A stretch of DNA of 64,000 nucleotides, from NCBI GenBank assembly GCA_964369155.1, contig CAYJEI010000001.1, positions 607-64,606 on the forward strand, read 5' to 3'. This document shows, one piece after another, positions 58,309 through 64,000 of this stretch; position 1 is the first letter of the stretch, and the number at the start of each line of letters is the position of its first letter. A model generated the notes under the pieces. That model was not told the origin of the DNA. It did not search any database and saw nothing but the letters and a program-made list of their open reading frames with translations. The position numbers and the translations under genes were made by a program. The stretch comes from an uncultured Muribaculaceae bacterium (GTDB taxonomy: Bacteria > Bacillota_I > Bacilli_A > RF39 > UBA660).

Positions 58309-59163
58309 ATGATTTATGTAATAGTAGGACCAACTGGTGTTGGGAAAACAAAACTAAGCGAGGCTTTAGCATTAAAATACGATGGTGTAGTAATAAATGC
58401 AGATGCAGTACAAATTTATAAAAAATTAAATATTGGAAGTGCAAAAGTTACTAAAGAAGAAATGGCAGATGTACCACACTTTTTATTTGATATTAAAGAT
58501 ATTACAGAAGATTATAACGTAAAAAACTATCAGGAAGATTTAAGAAATATAATTGAGCAACAAAAAGATAAAGATATCTTTATTGTTGGAGGAACTGGTT
58601 TATATATATCTGCAGGATTATTTGACTATACTTTTGAGGAAGAAGAAACAAATAATGCCTATGATAATTTAACTACTAAAGAAATGTATGATTTAGTAAA
58701 ATTAAAAGATAAAGATACGATAATTCATCAAAACAACAGACAACGATTAATAAGAGAATTAAATAGAAAAGAAAATAGTAATAAGGGATCAAATATTTTG
58801 TATGATGCTTTATTCATTGGGCTTACTACTAATAGAGATAATTTATACAATATTATAAATAAAAGAGTAGATAAAATGTTTAGTATGGGTCTTTTAGAAG
58901 AAGTAAAAGAGTTATTACCACTAAAAAAAGATTCCCGAGTATTAAATAGTGCAATTGGATATAAAGAAGTAATTGAATTTCTAGAAGAAAAAATAAGTTA
59001 CGAAGAAATGTTAGAAAAACTTAAAAAAAATTCAAGAAATTATGCTAAAAGACAATATACTTGGTTTAATAACAAAATAGATGTAAATTGGTTTGACACT
59101 AATTATGAAAATTTTGATGAAACAATAGATAAAGTTATAAAATTTATTGAAGAAAAGAAATAA
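58309..59163 (+). CDS. miaA: tRNA dimethylallyltransferase
   Basis: IVGPTGVGKT P-loop start, 284 aa. Confidence 0.9.
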   Translation: MIYVIVGPTGVGKTKLSEALALKYDGVVINADAVQIYKKLNIGSAKVTKEEMADVPHFLFDIKDITEDYNVKNYQEDLRNIIEQQKDKDIFIVGGTGLYISAGLFDYTFEEEETNNAYDNLTTKEMYDLVKLKDKDTIIHQNNRQRLIRELNRKENSNKGSNILYDALFIGLTTNRDNLYNIINKRVDKMFSMGLLEEVKELLPLKKDSRVLNSAIGYKEVIEFLEEKISYEEMLEKLKKNSRNYAKRQYTWFNNKIDVNWFDTNYENFDETIDKVIKFIEEKK

Positions 59164-59190
59164 CTTTGTTACAATTTTAAGGGTGATAGT

Positions 59191-60399
59191 GTGAAAAAAG
59201 TAAATATTATGGGAAATTTAATTATTAGTAGAATAATGACTTTGTTAATTATTTCTTTTTTTGTTTTAATAATTATAAATCATAATAGTGATTATCTAAT
59301 AAATGATTTACTTAGAAATTTTTTGTTATTATTTATTATTATTTTAACAATATTTTTGAAAGTATTTAACAACAGAATAAAAAACAATGTTAAAATAACA
59401 AGAAAAAGTATTATATATAGAATATTACTATCAATATATATAATTGGTTGTATAACTTTTATTAGTTTATTATACTCACCATATAATGGTTTTAGAGATT
59501 GGTTTGTAACAACAGCAATGCAAACTAAATCACATCAATATTACGCTAAATGGTTTTATAGCGACAAACAAATTGAAGAAGTAATGTCTAACAACTATAT
59601 TATTGAACCAGAAGGCAACACTGATAAAAATTTAATTGACATTCATAAAGAAGTGACATATAAAAACGATTATGAAAAAGCTATTTTAGAAAAAGATTAT
59701 GATAATCAAGAATATAAAATAATCGAGTTTGAAGTAAATGGAGCATCAGCATATATCGCTGCTATATATGATCCATGTATGGTGCATGTAGGTGTGACAA
59801 AGTATTTAAATACAAGAGGGCAATACGTAACAGATATGGCCAAAGATAAAGATTCTATGCTAGCTATAAATGGCGGAGGATTTTATGATCCTAATCATAA
59901 TAGTGCAGGAGGAACACCAAGGGGAGTAACATTTTCAAATGGAAGTATAGTTACTGGTCAAAATGAATTAACAGATGATGTTATAGGATTTACTGATGAT
60001 AATGTACTCATGTTACTACACGATGTAACTGCCAGTGAAGCGCAAAGTTATGGAATAAGAGATGCTGTATCAATGGGACCTTTTTTAATAATTAATGGAA
60101 AATCAGCATTTATCAGTGGAAATGGTGGCTGGGGTAGAGCAGCAAGAACAGCAATAGGCCAAAGAGAAGATGGAATTGTATTATTTTTAGTAGTCGATTC
60201 CAATGAACTTAGAACTGGTGGAGCTGATATGTCAGATTTAACTCAAATTATGGAAAATTATGGAGCAGTAAATGCTGCTAATCTTGATGGTGGAACATCA
60301 AGTGTAATAGTTGAAAATTATGAAATTATAAATGATCCAATAGACAGTGATTTAAAACATCAAACTAGGCCTATAGCAACAATGTTTTATTTAAAATAA
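59191..60399 (+). CDS. Phosphodiester glycosidase family protein (second paralog), membrane-anchored
   Basis: INGGGFYD...ANLDGGTSS; similar to 48175-49203. Confidence 0.7.
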   Translation: MKKVNIMGNLIISRIMTLLIISFFVLIIINHNSDYLINDLLRNFLLLFIIILTIFLKVFNNRIKNNVKITRKSIIYRILLSIYIIGCITFISLLYSPYNGFRDWFVTTAMQTKSHQYYAKWFYSDKQIEEVMSNNYIIEPEGNTDKNLIDIHKEVTYKNDYEKAILEKDYDNQEYKIIEFEVNGASAYIAAIYDPCMVHVGVTKYLNTRGQYVTDMAKDKDSMLAINGGGFYDPNHNSAGGTPRGVTFSNGSIVTGQNELTDDVIGFTDDNVLMLLHDVTASEAQSYGIRDAVSMGPFLIINGKSAFISGNGGWGRAARTAIGQREDGIVLFLVVDSNELRTGGADMSDLTQIMENYGAVNAANLDGGTSSVIVENYEIINDPIDSDLKHQTRPIATMFYLK

Positions 60400-60401
60400 A
60401 A

Positions 60402-60437
60402 AACCCCATTTCTTATCTCCAAGAAATGGGGTTCATA
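60402..60437. terminator. Strong bidirectional terminator
   Basis: CCCCATTTCTT-atctcc-AAGAAATGGGG flanked by A-run and T-run. Confidence 0.8.
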
Positions 60438-60452
60438 TTATAAAATAGGTTT

Positions 60453-61421
60453 TTAGTTTCCAATAAATTCATAATAAATAGATGTATTAAAATTATGCTC
60501 CTCTAAATTATTCTCACCTTTATCATTTTCAATTAATTCTTCAGAAGATATTAAAAAATAATCATGTAATAAATAATCTTTATCGCTATTCTCATCAATA
60601 GGGTCATCCCAAGTTAAATCTAAATGTTTCCATGTATTATCGATATAAACTGCATTCCATATATGTCCAGTTGAAGAATAACTTATTTCTTCAGGGGTAG
60701 TAGCGATTTTAAAATTATTAATATTAAGCTTATCTAAAAATATTGCCATTAAATCGGTATACCCATTACAAGTTGCAAATTTATCAAACAAAGGCCCATA
60801 AGCAAGATGAGATAAATAAGGGCTCTCTTCATTTTTGTTAATTAAAATATCATACTTAGAATTATTAATTATATAATCATGAATGGTAAGTATCTTGTCA
60901 GTATCATTTAATGAATTTATATCAAGATCAAAAATTATTTTATCTACTTCAGCATCTATTTTATTAATCTGTTCTTCATTGTATAAAAATTCAATAAAAA
61001 AGGTAACTTCCCCAGCTTCAGAAACAGTAACTTTAATATTAGTAAAGCTATTATATGGATGCACAAAATTATTAATATGTGTTAATATTTGACTACTACT
61101 GCTTATATTTTCCATATCTAGTTTACAATCAATATATTCAGGAGGACAATAAAAAGTTGCCTGATCCCATCCATTATTAATAGTTGTATAAAGTATATTC
61201 ATTAAATCTTGATTAGAGTAAGGAATAAATGAATCAGTATTTTGCACATATTCATAATCATGATGTTTTTTATAAATACTAATCTCTGTAGGTAAAACGG
61301 GTTCATTAATCATAAAAAAACTTGTCAAGGAATTAACAATTGTATTTAAAAAAACTACCGTTAAAATTATTAATATAGCAGACGTTAATGGAATTATTAT
61401 TTTTTTCATGACTATCACCAA
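60453..61421 (-). CDS. Transglutaminase-like cysteine protease domain protein, N-terminal TM
   Basis: CNGYT...GHIWN...D catalytic triad pattern. Confidence 0.65.
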   Translation of the reverse strand: MVIVMKKIIIPLTSAILIILTVVFLNTIVNSLTSFFMINEPVLPTEISIYKKHHDYEYVQNTDSFIPYSNQDLMNILYTTINNGWDQATFYCPPEYIDCKLDMENISSSSQILTHINNFVHPYNSFTNIKVTVSEAGEVTFFIEFLYNEEQINKIDAEVDKIIFDLDINSLNDTDKILTIHDYIINNSKYDILINKNEESPYLSHLAYGPLFDKFATCNGYTDLMAIFLDKLNINNFKIATTPEEISYSSTGHIWNAVYIDNTWKHLDLTWDDPIDENSDKDYLLHDYFLISSEELIENDKGENNLEEHNFNTSIYYEFIGN

Positions 61422-61496
61422 ATATATAATATCAAAAATAAGAATATCTTACAATTATAACAATAGTATTTATAAATTTATTTACATAAAATCAAA

Positions 61497-61520
61497 ATAA
61501 AAAACCAATTATTTTTGGTT
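61497..61520 (-). terminator. Terminator of rpsT
   Basis: AACCAA-ttattt-TTGGTT with T-run on minus strand. Confidence 0.6.
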
Positions 61521-61787
61521 TTAGTTATTCATATTTTTTACTTTTTCATTTAATCTTGATTTTTGACGAGCTCCGGTATTTTTTGATATTAAACCTTTTG
61601 AAACCGCTTTATCAGTATATTTTTGTAAATCTTTCAATAAGCTAGCTGCTTTTTCGCTATCTTTAGCTACGATAGATTTTTCTAAGTTCTTAATTAAGTT
61701 ATGAACTCTAGCTTTAGCTTCGTGATTGTTTTTAGTTTTTTTCTCAATAACTTTTATAGCTTTTTTAGAACTTTTTATATTAGCCAT
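61521..61787 (-). CDS. rpsT: 30S ribosomal protein S20
   Basis: MANIKSSKKAIK start, 88 aa basic. Confidence 0.9.
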   Translation of the reverse strand: MANIKSSKKAIKVIEKKTKNNHEAKARVHNLIKNLEKSIVAKDSEKAASLLKDLQKYTDKAVSKGLISKNTGARQKSRLNEKVKNMNN

Positions 61788-61908
61788 ACTATATCTCCTT
61801 CCTTCGTGTCAATTAATTTTATCAAATAATTAAACAATTTTCAAGTAAAACAGTAAAAATGACATAAATTTTAAGTTAAATTAAGTATAATTTGATAAAT
61901 GAGGGTAT

Positions 61909-62820
61909 ATGAAAAGAAGATTTAATACTAAAAAAAGGCGAAAGTTTATTTCTAAATATATATTTATGTTATTTTTATTTATTATAACTTTTACTTCGGT
62001 AGTATCATTATTATTAAGTACATTTGAGTTAGATTTAAATAATGAAAAAATTGTTAACTATATACTTAATAAAGAGGATAAAGAACTAAATTTAGAAAAA
62101 TTAAATTCTAAGGAATTTTTTTTGAAATATGCTTTTGATTATGATGTAAGTTCAGTAGTTCCAGTTATAGAAGAAAATGATTCTTTAATAGAAGCAGAAA
62201 TAAATATTGATCCGTTAGTATATATTTATAATACTCATACAACAGAGCAATATAGTTATGAAAGTTTTGAGGCATTTAATATAAATCCAACAGTAGTTAC
62301 AGCATCTTATATTTTATCAGAGTACCTCAAAGACGAAGAAATATACTCAGTAGTTGAAACTCTGAACCCAGTTGATATATTAAGAGAAAATAGTTGGTCT
62401 TATTCAAAGAGTTATGATGCATCTCGTTATTTGATTACTGATGCAATTACCAAATATCCGACAATTAATTATTATATAGATATTCACAGAGATTCGGCAA
62501 ATTATGATATCACAACTACTTATATAAATGATAAAACTTGTGCAAGATTTATGTTTATAGTTGGTGAGGATAATCCTGCTTATGAATCTAATTTAATCTT
62601 ATCTAATTTAATTAATGATGAACTAAATTTAATACATCCAGGTTTTACAAGAGGTGTAGTTGGTAAAAGTGGAACAAACGTAAATGGGGTTTATAATCAA
62701 GATTTACATCAAAACGCAATTCTAATCGAAGTGGGAGGTCAGTATAACAGTATAGAAGAAGTCAATTGTTCATTAGTTTATTTAGCAGAAGTTTTAAGAA
62801 AGGTTATAAATGGAAACTAG
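61909..62820 (+). CDS. spoIIP: Stage II sporulation protein P-like
   Basis: IDIHRD...ILIEVGG motifs; rpsT-adjacent position as in Bacillus. Confidence 0.7.
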   Translation: MKRRFNTKKRRKFISKYIFMLFLFIITFTSVVSLLLSTFELDLNNEKIVNYILNKEDKELNLEKLNSKEFFLKYAFDYDVSSVVPVIEENDSLIEAEINIDPLVYIYNTHTTEQYSYESFEAFNINPTVVTASYILSEYLKDEEIYSVVETLNPVDILRENSWSYSKSYDASRYLITDAITKYPTINYYIDIHRDSANYDITTTYINDKTCARFMFIVGEDNPAYESNLILSNLINDELNLIHPGFTRGVVGKSGTNVNGVYNQDLHQNAILIEVGGQYNSIEEVNCSLVYLAEVLRKVINGN

Positions 62821-63139
62821 AAAGAAAAAAAATTATTTTTTAGTACTGGTAAATATATTATTTGTTATGTTTATATTTATATATGTTATTGGCGAAACTG
62901 GATATCATGAGGCTCGCATACAAAATGAAACCGTACTAACAGAAGAAGCTATAAAGCAGTTTGAACAAGATGTATTAGAAGGTAAGGAAGTTGATTTAGA
63001 AAAATATGTAAAAAAAGAGACAGTTGATTACTCAAATGCCTTTACGAATATTGGAGAAAAATTAAATAATACAGTTCTAATAATTATAAATGATGGAGCT
63101 GGAGAAATAGTAAATATTTTTAAGTATTTATTTTCTTAA
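62810..63139 (+). CDS. YqxA-like small membrane protein
   Basis: 109 aa, one TM, follows spoIIP as in B. subtilis. Confidence 0.45.
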   Translation: METRKKKNYFLVLVNILFVMFIFIYVIGETGYHEARIQNETVLTEEAIKQFEQDVLEGKEVDLEKYVKKETVDYSNAFTNIGEKLNNTVLIIINDGAGEIVNIFKYLFS

Positions 63140-63555
63140 CCTAACAATATAATACCGGTAAAAAGTCCGATTATACCAAAAATAGAGAAAAGAGTTAAAT
63201 TTAATTTAAAATTATAATCAAATGGTTTTCTAAAATATATAACTAAACTAGCAATTAGAAAAAAACCATACATATAAAACGTATAAAAAGAAAGTAAAAA
63301 CAAGTATAAAAATATAACTTCAGGCGCATTATTAGTTATAAATCTTGGAAGATTATCAAAGTTAAACAAAGCTATATGAAAAAGTAAGATTATTATTTCG
63401 AGTGCTATTAAAGTTATAAAGTTTTTTCTATTTCTATTTTTAAGAGTTTTTACTTGAAAAAAATAAAGTAATCCTATGCTTAAAATATAATAAATTAATA
63501 TAATTATTAATTCTACCGAACTAGGCATATCAAATAAATTTAACAATAGTATCAA
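63136..63555 (-). CDS. Multi-pass membrane protein
   Basis: 139 aa, 4 TM. Confidence 0.45.
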   Translation of the reverse strand: MILLLNLFDMPSSVELIIILIYYILSIGLLYFFQVKTLKNRNRKNFITLIALEIIILLFHIALFNFDNLPRFITNNAPEVIFLYLFLLSFYTFYMYGFFLIASLVIYFRKPFDYNFKLNLTLFSIFGIIGLFTGIILLG

Positions 63556-63629
63556 CTTCTTTCAAAATAATTATAACATAAAATAATATAATATGTTATA
63601 ATTAAATTCCACTGGAGGAAATTTAAATT

Positions 63630-64000
63630 ATGATAAAAACAATATTAAATAAAAAACTATTTTTATATGCACTTACACTAAATTTACTTGTAACATCAAC
63701 AGGATGTGGAAAAAGTAAATTAAATGAGGATTTAATTTATGAAGAAGAGGTAAAAACTACTGAAGAAATAACAGAAGTTATAGAAGATGAAAAAGAAAAT
63801 GAAAATCAGATAATCCAGGAAGATGATGAAACAAAAATCTTAGAAGAGTTAAACATAAGAAAAGATAATATTATAAATGCGCTTAAAGATGGCTCAGAAG
63901 AATTTTTAAAAGCTGCAGAAGAAGATTTAATCTTTGTAATTGATTTTGTATCTGGAGATACAGAAATAAACGGAATCTATTTTAATGATTTAACCGATAA
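63630..64000 (+). CDS. Acidic lipoprotein, C-terminus outside window
   Basis: Lipobox LVTSTGC, GGAGGA RBS. Confidence 0.6.
   Translation, partial: MIKTILNKKLFLYALTLNLLVTSTGCGKSKLNEDLIYEEEVKTTEEITEVIEDEKENENQIIQEDDETKILEELNIRKDNIINALKDGSEEFLKAAEEDLIFVIDFVSGDTEINGIYFNDLTD

Noticed and set aside
1-64000. CRISPR arrays and restriction-modification, toxin-antitoxin or retron-type defence modules
   Set aside because: No regular repeat-spacer periodicity and no recognisable methyltransferase, endonuclease or reverse-transcriptase ORFs anywhere in the window.

Overview
This is a low-GC (about 30%) genome segment using the standard bacterial code, and its gene content points to a spore-forming Firmicute (Clostridia- or Erysipelotrichia-like): yqfC, yqfD, spoIIP, sepF, divIVA and tmcAL are all present. 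Most of the window is conserved housekeeping: a partial P-type Ca2+-ATPase, tex, rlmCD/rumA, mtnN, a heterodimeric ABC exporter, deoD, a phosphohexomutase, mutL, glmS preceded by a clear glmS ribozyme, valS preceded by a T-box leader, the ybeY-dgkA-era-recO block, tdk, glyQS, sepF, cdsA, rseP, tRNA-Arg(CCG), miaA and rpsT. The standout feature is a dispersed, mosaic family of secreted proteins, with four full copies at 2366-3970, 5076-6692, 28363-30534 and 43933-46101, plus a membrane-anchored relative at 46853-48166. Each full copy has a SipW-type signal peptide ending G[VI][ST]YAF, a TasA/camelysin-like N-domain, and a conserved, unusually GC-rich C-terminal module carrying YWLGSPFG and GVRP[AT]VYL motifs. 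Copies 1 and 2 form a tandem [promoter-gene-IS] duplication, each ending in an IS4-like insertion sequence (one intact with 20-bp inverted repeats, one decayed). Copies 3 and 4 lie 15 kb apart yet share a 456-bp tract that is perfectly identical, which points to recent gene conversion. The copy 2 and copy 3 loci share duplicated flanks, including a 250-bp noncoding repeat. A frameshifted C-terminal gene fragment with its own promoter-like sequence sits downstream of copy 3. Together these features suggest an actively recombining surface or matrix protein system.
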